A stretch of DNA of 32,000 bases from Halotia branconii CENA392 (GTDB lineage: Bacteria; Cyanobacteriota; Cyanobacteriia; Cyanobacteriales; Nostocaceae): the NCBI RefSeq assembly GCF_029953635.1, contig NZ_CP124543.1, positions 5,719,802-5,751,801 of the forward strand. Reading direction: 5' to 3'. A program made the position numbers and the translations under genes. This document shows, in pieces, positions 24,359-32,000 of this stretch. Numbering within the stretch: the first letter of the stretch is position 1; the number at the start of each line of letters is the position of its first letter. The notes below the pieces were generated by a model. That model saw only the letters and a list, made by a program, of their open reading frames with translations, did no database searches and was not told the DNA's origin.

Positions 24359-26803
24359 ATGACCTGCTGCCTAAATCTAACTTGCCACAATCCACCCAAT
24401 CCTGATGGCACAATGTTTTGCTCCAGCTGCGGTACAGGATTAGTAGTGTTGAGAAACCGCTATCGCCCGATTAAATCATTAGGTGGTGGGGGATTTGGTA
24501 AAACATATTTAGCAGAAGATATCGATAAACTAAATGAGCATTGTGTCATCAAGCAATTTGCACCGCAAGTACAAGGAACAGCATCACTTAACAAAGCCAC
24601 AGAATTATTTGAGCAAGAAGCAAAGCGACTGCAACAGTTAGGAAAACATCACCAAATTCCCACACTGTTAGCGTATTTTAATGAAGATAGTCGCTTGTAT
24701 TTGGTGCAAGAGTTTATCGACGGGCAGAATTTATTAGATGAATTACAACAGCAAGGTAATTTCAATGAGCAGAAAGTCAGAAAATTACTGCTGGATTTAT
24801 TAGATATTCTCAAAATAGTTCATCAACAACAAGTTATTCACCGTGATATCAAGCCAGAAAATATCATTCGCCAAAGTGATGGCAAGTTAGTACTGATTGA
24901 CTTTGGTGCATCCAAGCAAATGACAGCAACGGTGATGACGAAAGTAGGTACAAGCATTGGTTCTTTTGGTTATGCGCCATTAGAACAGATGCAGGGAGGT
25001 GAAGCTTACCCAGCTAGTGATTTATATAGTGTTGGTGCAACTTGCTTTCACCTGTTGAGTGGAACTCACCCTTGGGAACTTTGGCAACGACAAGGTTATG
25101 GTTGGGTTGCAAGTTGGAGACAGCATTTACAACAAAGCGTCAGTCAGGATTTAGGGCGTGTATTAGATAAATTGTTGCAAGAAGAACACCAACAGCGTTA
25201 TCGTTCAGCGACCGAAGTTATACAAGCTTTAGATTCACAGCCAATACCAGTAACTGCGCCTGTTACTCCTCCAGTACAACAGACTCAACCACTTGTCTTT
25301 GGTAGTCAGAAAAAACCTATCCCTAAACAGCTTATTATTCTTCCGTTATTAATATTAATTGGTGCTGGTACAGTTTTTTATTCATTGCAAGAATCAACAA
25401 ATAATAGTGTTGAAAATTATAACAGTCAAGGAACCGAAAAATACAATAATCAAGATTTTCGCGGTGCTATTGAAGATTATAACGAAGCCATCAAGATTAA
25501 TCCTAATAATGCAAAAGCTTACTTCAACCGGGGTAATGCTCACTATGATTTAGGAGAAAAGCAAGAAGCAATAGAAAACTATAACCAAGCTATCAAACTT
25601 AATCCTAAATATGCGGAAGCTTACTATCAGCAAGGGCTTCTAGAACAAGATAACCAGAAAGCTATAGAGAACTTCCGTCAAGCCGCAGAACTATTTGTTG
25701 CCCAAGGAAATCAAGGTGATGCCAAACGTAGTCAAGGACAAGTGCGTTCTTTATTAAAAGATTACCAAGGAGCGATCGCTTCTCATACTGAAGCGATTAA
25801 TTTCAACTCTAGCGATTTCAAAGCTTACCTTAACCGGGGTGTAGCTCGTAGTAATTTAGGAGATCATCAAGCCGCAATTGAAGATTACAACCAAGCCATT
25901 AAAATTAATTCTAACTTTGCATTAGCTTACAACAATCGGGGTGCTGCTCGTAGTGATTTAAGAGAAAACCAAGAAGCAATTGAAGATTACAACCAAGCCA
26001 TTAAACTTAATCCTAACTTGGCATTGGCTTATTATGGCAGGGGTAATGTTCGCTCCAATATAGGAGAAAAGCAAGCAGCGATTGAAGATTACACCCAAGC
26101 CATCAAAATTGATCCTAACTATGCAAATGCTTTCTATAGCAGAGGTGTTGTTCGCTCCAATATAGGAGAAAAGCAAGCAGCAATTGAAGACTACACCCAA
26201 GCCATCAAAATTGATCCTAACTATGCAAATGCTTACTATGGCAGAGGTGTTGTTCGCTCCGATTTAGGAGAAAAGCAAGCAGCAATTGAAGACTATACTC
26301 AAGCCATCAAAATTGATCCTAACTATGCAGATGCTTACTATGGTAGAGGTAATACTCGCTCCAATATAGGAGAAAAGCAAGCAGCAATTGAAGACTATAC
26401 TCAAGCCATCAAAATTAATCCCAACTATACAAATGCTTACTACAATCGGGGTATTGTTCACTATGATTTAGGAGAAAAGCAAGCAGCAATTGAAGACTAC
26501 ACCCAAGCCATCAAAATTGATCCTAACTATACAGATGCTTACATCAACCGAGGCGTATCTCGCTATAATTTGGGAGAAAAGCAAGCTGCAATTGAAGATT
26601 ATACTCAAGCCATTAAAATTAATCCCAGCTATGCACTAGCTTACAAAAACCGGGGTAATGCTCGCTATAATTTAGGAAATAAGCAAACTGCAATTGAAGA
26701 TTTACAAAAGTCAGCCGATTTGTATAAGCAACAAGGAAAAGAAAAGGACTATCAAAATGTTCTAACCCGCATTAAAACACTTGAACTGACAATAGTACCC
26801 TAA
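24359..26803 (+). CDS. Ser/Thr protein kinase with an N-terminal 4-Cys zinc-ribbon prefix, one TM helix and a C-terminal TPR array
   Basis: It reads CLNLTCHNPPNPDGTMFCSSCG, then GGGGFGKTY, VIK, HRDIKPENI, DFG and GYAPLE. A TM helix (LIILPLLILIGAGTVFYSL) follows, and then about 13 TPR units. Confidence 0.9.
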   Translation: MTCCLNLTCHNPPNPDGTMFCSSCGTGLVVLRNRYRPIKSLGGGGFGKTYLAEDIDKLNEHCVIKQFAPQVQGTASLNKATELFEQEAKRLQQLGKHHQIPTLLAYFNEDSRLYLVQEFIDGQNLLDELQQQGNFNEQKVRKLLLDLLDILKIVHQQQVIHRDIKPENIIRQSDGKLVLIDFGASKQMTATVMTKVGTSIGSFGYAPLEQMQGGEAYPASDLYSVGATCFHLLSGTHPWELWQRQGYGWVASWRQHLQQSVSQDLGRVLDKLLQEEHQQRYRSATEVIQALDSQPIPVTAPVTPPVQQTQPLVFGSQKKPIPKQLIILPLLILIGAGTVFYSLQESTNNSVENYNSQGTEKYNNQDFRGAIEDYNEAIKINPNNAKAYFNRGNAHYDLGEKQEAIENYNQAIKLNPKYAEAYYQQGLLEQDNQKAIENFRQAAELFVAQGNQGDAKRSQGQVRSLLKDYQGAIASHTEAINFNSSDFKAYLNRGVARSNLGDHQAAIEDYNQAIKINSNFALAYNNRGAARSDLRENQEAIEDYNQAIKLNPNLALAYYGRGNVRSNIGEKQAAIEDYTQAIKIDPNYANAFYSRGVVRSNIGEKQAAIEDYTQAIKIDPNYANAYYGRGVVRSDLGEKQAAIEDYTQAIKIDPNYADAYYGRGNTRSNIGEKQAAIEDYTQAIKINPNYTNAYYNRGIVHYDLGEKQAAIEDYTQAIKIDPNYTDAYINRGVSRYNLGEKQAAIEDYTQAIKINPSYALAYKNRGNARYNLGNKQTAIEDLQKSADLYKQQGKEKDYQNVLTRIKTLELTIVP
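25421..26744 (+). repeat. Tandem 102-bp (34-codon) TPR-encoding repeats; six units at about 26064-26680 are near-identical at the DNA level
   Basis: The block GEKQAAIEDYTQAIKI(D/N)P(N/S)Y recurs six times with a 102-bp period. The units differ at only a handful of nucleotides by eye. Confidence 0.85.
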
Positions 26804-26945
26804 TTATCCACTGCTAGAAATTTTATTAAGACCATTACTAGTAGATTGCGGCGTAAATTTTTTACTACCTCATTTCCTCAAATTCTTACTAAATCTCTTC
26901 TTCACTCCTCTTGTCACCCGTTAAGCACAAAGACAGAATAACACT

Positions 26946-27191
26946 TTAAGGCTGAAATACACTACTTGTTCCATAAGGATAAAAAACTTGATTATTCTCA
27001 AAAGATAGAGTAGGTAATGGAGAAAAGCTCAGATTTTTGGTTAAATAAAATCCTATATATTCCCAAATATCTATATCACTACCACCAGCCAGAGGATCAG
27101 TAAAATTTTTAATAATTAGAAAGCTAAAAGTGAAAGCTATGAATGAAAATAATAGTATTTGTAACACTAAAAACTTGGAAATTAAACGCAT
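26946..27191 (-). CDS. Short membrane-protein ORF (81 aa), possibly the N-terminal stub of a longer decayed gene
   Basis: It has one TM helix (FLVLQILLFSFIAFTFSFLII) and then DPLAGGSDIDIWEYIGFYL...YPYGTSSVFQP*. About 140 bp of apparently non-coding DNA follows. I recognise no family. Confidence 0.3.
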   Translation of the reverse strand: MRLISKFLVLQILLFSFIAFTFSFLIIKNFTDPLAGGSDIDIWEYIGFYLTKNLSFSPLPTLSFENNQVFYPYGTSSVFQP

Positions 27192-27369
27192 ATTTATGTT
27201 TTTAATTAGTTGATTTAGGTTGATTAAAATTTTAATAAATCAGACTGTAAAGGGTTACTCTATATCTACATGATTATTAAAAATTACTCGTTGTAAACAA
27301 CCAATATTTGCCAGCTTAGTATTTTATCATTCTATATGTCAATGTTGTAAAATATCTATTGAATGAATA

Positions 27370-27735
27370 ATGGAACGTGTTTTAAAAAGTGGATTGGGTT
27401 GGCGGATTGGCTGGAATCCGAATGCACAAGAATTTAAAGGTTTAGTAGGTACAGATGATTGGGCAGTTGAGTTAACCGCAGCCGAGTTAAATGAATTTTG
27501 TCGTCTCTTAACACAGCTAGCAGACACGATGAAACAACTCACAGCTGAATTAATGGCTGAAGAGAAAATTGCCTGTGAAGCTGAAAGCAATTTATTATGG
27601 ATGGAAGTAGAAGGCTATCCTCATATTTACAGTCTGCGCTTGATAATTAATACAGGGCGCTGTGTAGAAGGCAAATGGGATGCTGATGCCGTGCCGGGTT
27701 TATTGCAAGCAGCTGAGATGCTTAAGGTTTTTTAA
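27370..27735 (+). CDS. DUF1818-family cyanobacterial protein
   Basis: The sequence MERVLKSGLGWRIGWNPNAQEFKGLVGTDDWAVELTAAELNEFCRL matches my memory of the DUF1818 N-terminus. The 121-aa length also fits. Confidence 0.65.
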   Translation: MERVLKSGLGWRIGWNPNAQEFKGLVGTDDWAVELTAAELNEFCRLLTQLADTMKQLTAELMAEEKIACEAESNLLWMEVEGYPHIYSLRLIINTGRCVEGKWDADAVPGLLQAAEMLKVF

Positions 27736-27785
27736 AGTTGCCTATTGATTATCTTAGAGATTTGCAATATAATCGAAATTCTGAC

Positions 27786-27859
27786 CGGGGCGTAGCGCAG
27801 CTTGGTAGCGCGCCACTTTGGGGTAGTGGAGGTCGTGGGTTCGAATCCCGCCGCTCCGA
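27786..27859 (+). tRNA. tRNA-Pro (anticodon GGG)
   Basis: A manual cloverleaf folds as follows: acceptor CGGGGCG/CGCTCCG, D-arm GCGC/GCGC, anticodon stem CCACT/AGTGG with loop TTGGGGT, T-arm GTGGG-TTCGAAT-CCCGC, discriminator A. It is 74 nt with no encoded CCA. Confidence 0.9.
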
Positions 27860-27874
27860 TTGACAAAAGACCCT

Positions 27875-27911
27875 ACCTGCTAGTCTTTAACAAAAGATTG
27901 GCAGGTTTTTT
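27875..27911 (+). terminator. Rho-independent terminator candidate after tRNA-Pro
   Basis: ACCTGC (27875-27880) pairs with GCAGGT (27901-27906), with further imperfect inner pairing (GTCTTT/AAAGAT). A T6 run follows. Confidence 0.45.
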
Positions 27912-27973
27912 AGTTTCTGTAGCTTTGGGACGAAGATACAATAATTAAATTTCAAATTAGTCAACACAGATCA

Positions 27974-28816
27974 ATGATCAATTCTTTAAGGCGCAACTCA
28001 CAACTTAAAATTGTGGTTAGATATGGAGTTTTAGCAGCGATCGCACTTATCACTCTGTTTCCTTTATTATGGCTTGTCAGTACAGCCTTAAAATCTCCTA
28101 CAGAAAATATCTTGCAGTCGCCACCACAGCTATTGCCTAGTCAACCGACACTAGAAAATTTCTCTCGTGTGTGGCAATCTCTGCCTTTTGGACAATACTT
28201 GTATAACAGTACTCTAGTAGCAGTGCTGACCGTAGGCTTAAATCTCATATTTTGTGCTTTAGCTGCCTATCCACTGGCAAGATTATCATTTCCGGGAAGA
28301 GACTGGATTTTTATTGCGATCGTCTCTACAATTATGATTCCCTTTCAGATTGTGATGATTCCTCTGTTCGTTTTGACAGTCCAACTAGGCTTAGTCAACA
28401 CTTATTGGGGAATAATTTTTCCTAGTTTAGCTTCTGCCTTTGGTATTTTTCTGTTGCGACAAGCATTTATAGGTGTCCCCAAAGAAATAGAAGAAGCTGC
28501 TCGTATGGACGGCAGCTCAGAGTTAGGCTTATGGTGGCATATTATGTTACCAGCTATTCGACCAGCACTTGTCACCCTAGCTATTTTCGTCTTCATCGGT
28601 TCTTGGAGTGACTTTCTTTGGCCATTAATTGTCATCCAAGATGAAAATTTGTATACACTTCCCTTGGGTGTAGCAAAGTTAGCGGGTACATTTTCTTTAG
28701 ACTGGCGGTTAGTAGCGGCTGGCTCAATAATTTCTATAGCTCCAGTACTGTTATTGTTTTTATTTTTACAGCGTTATATCGTACCCACAGAAACTGGTAG
28801 TGGCGTTAAAGGTTGA
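27974..28816 (+). CDS. Carbohydrate ABC transporter permease (MalG/BPD_transp_1 type)
   Basis: It has six TM segments and the EAA loop EEAARMDGSSELGLWWHIMLPAIRPAL. The 280-aa length is typical. Confidence 0.85.
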   Translation: MINSLRRNSQLKIVVRYGVLAAIALITLFPLLWLVSTALKSPTENILQSPPQLLPSQPTLENFSRVWQSLPFGQYLYNSTLVAVLTVGLNLIFCALAAYPLARLSFPGRDWIFIAIVSTIMIPFQIVMIPLFVLTVQLGLVNTYWGIIFPSLASAFGIFLLRQAFIGVPKEIEEAARMDGSSELGLWWHIMLPAIRPALVTLAIFVFIGSWSDFLWPLIVIQDENLYTLPLGVAKLAGTFSLDWRLVAAGSIISIAPVLLLFLFLQRYIVPTETGSGVKG

Positions 28817-28823
28817 ACTATAT

Positions 28824-29531
28824 TTAACAAGCGCCACTTTTTTTGAATACTACCCAGATAGTTTTTAAAATTAAACTCAGGTCATAGGCTACCGACCATT
28901 TACGCTGATATTTTAGATCCATGCTGACGATGGTTTCAAAGTCTTCGATGCTAGAACGACCGTTAGCTTGCCATTCTCCAGTCATACCTGGTTTGACGCG
29001 CAATCTCTGCCAATGATGTGGTTCATAATGTATGACTTCATCAGGAGTAGGTGGACGAGTACCAACTAAACTCATATCTCCAACTAGAACATTCCAAAAC
29101 TGAGGTAATTCATCTAAACTAGTGCATCGCAAAAATCTACCCACAGGAGTAATGCGAGGATCGTTAGCAGCTTTAAAGATGTGACCTTTGGCTTGATTTT
29201 TGACTAAATGTTTAAGTTTATCAGCACCAACCACCATCGAACGAAACTTCCAAATGCGGAAAGGCCGTCCATTCAAACCACAACGAACTTGGGAATAAAA
29301 TATCGGCCCTGGATTGTTAGCAATTGTAGCAACTGCTACAGGAATTGCTACCAAGGATGTAATTGTCAGACCAATAATTGCTCCTAAAATGTCGATTGCT
29401 CGTTTTGTAATACTTGTAGTTGAGGGATGTAAAGGTTGTTGTGAGCAATTAACTGAATCAAGATGGGTAAAAATAGCTAAATTATTCACAGCACAATCTC
29501 TTTTATTAGAGGTAGAAGTAGGTATGGACAT
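28824..29531 (-). CDS. Polyprenyl-phosphate sugar-phosphate transferase (bacterial sugar transferase, WbaP/WcaJ C-terminal type)
   Basis: It has a single TM (ILGAIIGLTITSLVAIPVAVATI) and then FYSQVRCGLNGRPFRIWKFRSM...DPRITPVGRFLRCTSLDELPQFWNVLVGDMSLVGTRP, the Bac_transf signature. Confidence 0.85.
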   Translation of the reverse strand: MSIPTSTSNKRDCAVNNLAIFTHLDSVNCSQQPLHPSTTSITKRAIDILGAIIGLTITSLVAIPVAVATIANNPGPIFYSQVRCGLNGRPFRIWKFRSMVVGADKLKHLVKNQAKGHIFKAANDPRITPVGRFLRCTSLDELPQFWNVLVGDMSLVGTRPPTPDEVIHYEPHHWQRLRVKPGMTGEWQANGRSSIEDFETIVSMDLKYQRKWSVAYDLSLILKTIWVVFKKSGAC

Positions 29532-30051
29532 AAGTTGAGTTGAATATTTATTGATTTCCTGGTTAGTACTGAGTTTTTATTAAGTATTCATACAAACAAA
29601 ATTTTAACCAGTAAAAAAACGGAAAGTTCAAAGTTTACATAATCTTTGTGGTTAAACTCAGTATTTTAAATTTTGCGTGTTTTTTCTCAAATAGAAATAC
29701 AACAGCTGATCAGGAATTACGCAATTTGATGTCAAAGTAGGGGTAATTAGTGAATTATCGCTACGGAATAATGTGATATGTCAAAGAACAGATAACAGTA
29801 TTATGCCGGAGGCGATCGCAACTTGAATTATTGACAATGCGTTACGCTGCGCGACAAGACAACGGTAATATTGGGAAGGAGAATCCACACCAAAATTTGC
29901 CTTTCCCACATTAAAATTTTTGATATTAGAGCTGACTTACCTTTAGTAAGAGTTTCAGCCTTATTCTGATGTAAATTCGCTGTAAGATAGCAATTAAATA
30001 TACTTTAGACAATTAACCTTAAATAAAATAATCATCGCCCAGCCAAGACCT

Positions 30052-31392
30052 ATGACAATTAAACAAATTGAGAAACTTAAAACTCCTAAATTTATCCAAC
30101 AAATCGAGTCAACTCTAAAACCATTGGAGTTTTTGGAGCGTTGTGCCAAAAATTATGGAGAGCTGTTTTTTACTAATTCCTTTGGCAGTCTAGAAACTTT
30201 AGTTGTCAGTCATCCCCAGGATCTTCAAAAGTTATTTAACCCCACAAACAAAATTCTTAATGCTCCAGGTGCTGCTAATGAAATTTTCAAACCTCAACTT
30301 GGAGAAAACTCATTGATTGTACAAGATGGAGAACGTCATCAAAAACAGCGAAAGTTAATCATGCCTCCTTTTCATGGGGAACAGATGGTCAATTATGGGC
30401 AACAAATTTGTGAGATTACCCAACAAGTAATACAACACCTCAACCCAGGTGAAACCTTTATTGCTCGTCATCTCAGTGAAGAGATTACCATGACGATTAT
30501 CTTAAAAGTAGTCTTTGGTATTGATGAAGGATTAAAATTTGAAAAACTGAAAAATTTAATGACAACTTGGCTGGGTTTGACTAGTTCACCACTCAGCGCC
30601 AGTATTTTATTACTTCCGTCTTTACAGAAAGATTTAGGTGTTTGGAGTCCTTGGGGAAAATATCTCCGTTTGCGACAACAGATTGATCAAATATTGATGA
30701 CGGAAATATTGGAGCGTCGCCAACAAGTGCAATCGAGTCGTTTTGATATTCTGAGTTTGCTGATAGAAGCCAGATATGAAAATGGAGAGACTATGAGTAA
30801 TGACGAATTAAGAGATAACCTTTTAACTTTACTCAATGCTGGTCACGAAACCACTGCTACGGCGATCGCTTGGGCTTTGTACTGGATTCACCAACAACCA
30901 AAAGTCTATCAGAAATTGTTGCATGAGTTACAAAATTTAAATACTCCCGACCCGATCAAAATTGCCCAACTTCCTTATCTGACAGCAATTTGTCAAGAAA
31001 CTTTGCGGATTTATCCTGTAGTTCTTTTCACTTTTCCAAGAATTACTCTACGCTCTGTTAATTTAAGAGGATATGAAGTTGCTTCTGGGACATACGTGAC
31101 ACCTTGTATTTACCTAACTCATCGTCGAGAAGATTTATATCCCCAACCAGACAAATTTCAACCAGAAAGGTTTATTAATCGTAAATACTCATCTTATGAA
31201 TTTTGGCCTTTTGGAGGAGGTTCTCGGCAATGTCTGGGTCAAACATTTGCTTTGTTTGAAATGAAATTAATTCTGGCGACGATTCTCTTAAATCATCAGT
31301 TGAAATTAGAGGAAAAAGTCCCTGTGACTCCAGCACGTCGAGGTTTTTTAATGGCTCCTCAAGGTGGAGTAAAAATGAGTCTTGTGAGTTGA
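30052..31392 (+). CDS. Cytochrome P450 monooxygenase (possibly CYP110-like, as is common in Nostocales)
   Basis: It has the heme-binding loop FGGGSRQCLGQTFA, the I-helix AGHETTA, ETLR (K-helix ExxR) and PERF. It is 446 aa. Confidence 0.9.
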   Translation: MTIKQIEKLKTPKFIQQIESTLKPLEFLERCAKNYGELFFTNSFGSLETLVVSHPQDLQKLFNPTNKILNAPGAANEIFKPQLGENSLIVQDGERHQKQRKLIMPPFHGEQMVNYGQQICEITQQVIQHLNPGETFIARHLSEEITMTIILKVVFGIDEGLKFEKLKNLMTTWLGLTSSPLSASILLLPSLQKDLGVWSPWGKYLRLRQQIDQILMTEILERRQQVQSSRFDILSLLIEARYENGETMSNDELRDNLLTLLNAGHETTATAIAWALYWIHQQPKVYQKLLHELQNLNTPDPIKIAQLPYLTAICQETLRIYPVVLFTFPRITLRSVNLRGYEVASGTYVTPCIYLTHRREDLYPQPDKFQPERFINRKYSSYEFWPFGGGSRQCLGQTFALFEMKLILATILLNHQLKLEEKVPVTPARRGFLMAPQGGVKMSLVS

Positions 31393-31574
31393 GTGGTTTA
31401 ATTTACAAGGTGAATTTCATTAATGAATTTACCGCAGTCGTTGGTTTCGACTACTTCGACTACGCTCAGTACAAGTTCGCTTAACCAACGAAAGAGTCGA
31501 GAGTTGAGCAAAGTCAAAACTCGTCAGCATTGGTGTTTTCTTCGCTAGAAATCATCCAAGACTGCGCCTAAAGA

Positions 31575-32000
31575 TTAATGAGTAACAGAGGCAAAATTCA
31601 CTGTGTATGGTTCCTCTAGTGACTGCTGAATACTAGCTTTAATAGCATTCAGATAGCGATGCAAAGCCAACATCTGTAGTAAATTAGGACGATAAGTGAG
31701 ATTTCCTTGTTTTTCAAACAATGGTGCTGCTGCGATCGCTTGGTAGTCAGAATTTTCATGAGATTTCTGGGTCAGCCAAGTAGTATCCGAACTTGCAGGT
31801 ATTAAACCAGGAGGTAATTCACCTTCTAAGAAAGCTAACAGGCGTTGTTGACAGATACTAGTATTAATGCCACGACCCTCGAACAACTGAAGAACTTCAC
31901 CGAAAGATAAGGTTCTGTCTGGCAAAAGCCGCAGCAATTCGGTAAACAGAAAATAGTCAGTATACTGTTGTCTGGATTCTTCTAAAACCTGAGGATGTAG
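31575..32000 (-). CDS. Hypothetical protein; the 5' end lies outside the window
   Basis: The minus-strand frame stays open from 31937 to base 32000 (LHPQVLEESRQQYTDYFLFTELLRLLPD...), so the TTG listed in the ORF track is probably internal. I recognise no family. Confidence 0.45.
   Translation of the reverse strand, partial: LHPQVLEESRQQYTDYFLFTELLRLLPDRTLSFGEVLQLFEGRGINTSICQQRLLAFLEGELPPGLIPASSDTTWLTQKSHENSDYQAIAAAPLFEKQGNLTYRPNLLQMLALHRYLNAIKASIQQSLEEPYTVNFASVTH

Noticed and set aside
25421-26744. A regular 102-bp periodicity that could be mistaken for a CRISPR-like or satellite array. The antisense ORFs 25958-26200 and 26264-26461 also fall here.
   Set aside because: The periodicity is exactly 34 codons inside a long open kinase frame and encodes canonical TPR units. 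There are no unique spacers between repeats. The antisense ORFs are repeat shadows. No CRISPR array is visible anywhere in the window.

Overview
The window is a chromosomal segment from a filamentous, Nostocales-type cyanobacterium. I infer this from more than twenty copies (counted by eye) of the HIP1 octamer GCGATCGC, from heptameric STRR-type tandem repeats in the intergenic regions, and from the gene content: rpaB, a CCB-like b6f assembly factor, DUF1818, Uma2, a DUF1194/PEP-CTERM protein and a 4-Cys-prefixed Ser/Thr kinase with TPRs. No searches were run. All family names come from motifs I recognise in the supplied translations and need HMM/BLAST confirmation.

Gene content, left to right:
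- a partial glycosyltransferase, then an SDR and a methyltransferase that are translationally coupled
- ogt
- a DUF318 permease, a TIGR03943-type subunit and an Ig/beta-propeller protein
- a decayed four-helix-bundle ORF bracketed by inverted G-rich repeat arrays
- a coiled-coil protein
- a DUF1194/PEP-CTERM gene split by an IS
- a FetB-like permease and a DegT-type aminotransferase
- a stretch of gene relics: a TPR tail, a RelE/ParE toxin with a stop at codon 2 next to an intact antitoxin, and a WD40 relic
- two convergent small ORFs and a Uma2 nuclease
- radA split by a second, unrelated IS, with rpaB divergent from it
- a CCB-like protein and a DUF456 protein
- a second antitoxin with a truncated toxin, and a small two-gene cassette
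- a large Ser/Thr kinase with a near-identical tandem TPR array
- DUF1818, tRNA-Pro(GGG), a sugar ABC permease, a sugar transferase, a P450, and a partial ORF at the right edge

The most notable result is the density of recently inactivated genes. For both IS-disrupted genes I could map the inverted repeats and 6-bp target duplications, and removing the insert restores the ORF exactly in frame. Start codons also sit inside heptamer repeat arrays at several genes.

I did not find a convincing new multi-gene system. The best candidates for uncharacterised biology are the small translationally coupled gene pair at 23771-24274, the two orphan-antitoxin loci and the permease/TIGR03943/beta-propeller trio. 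All are flagged with moderate interest only.
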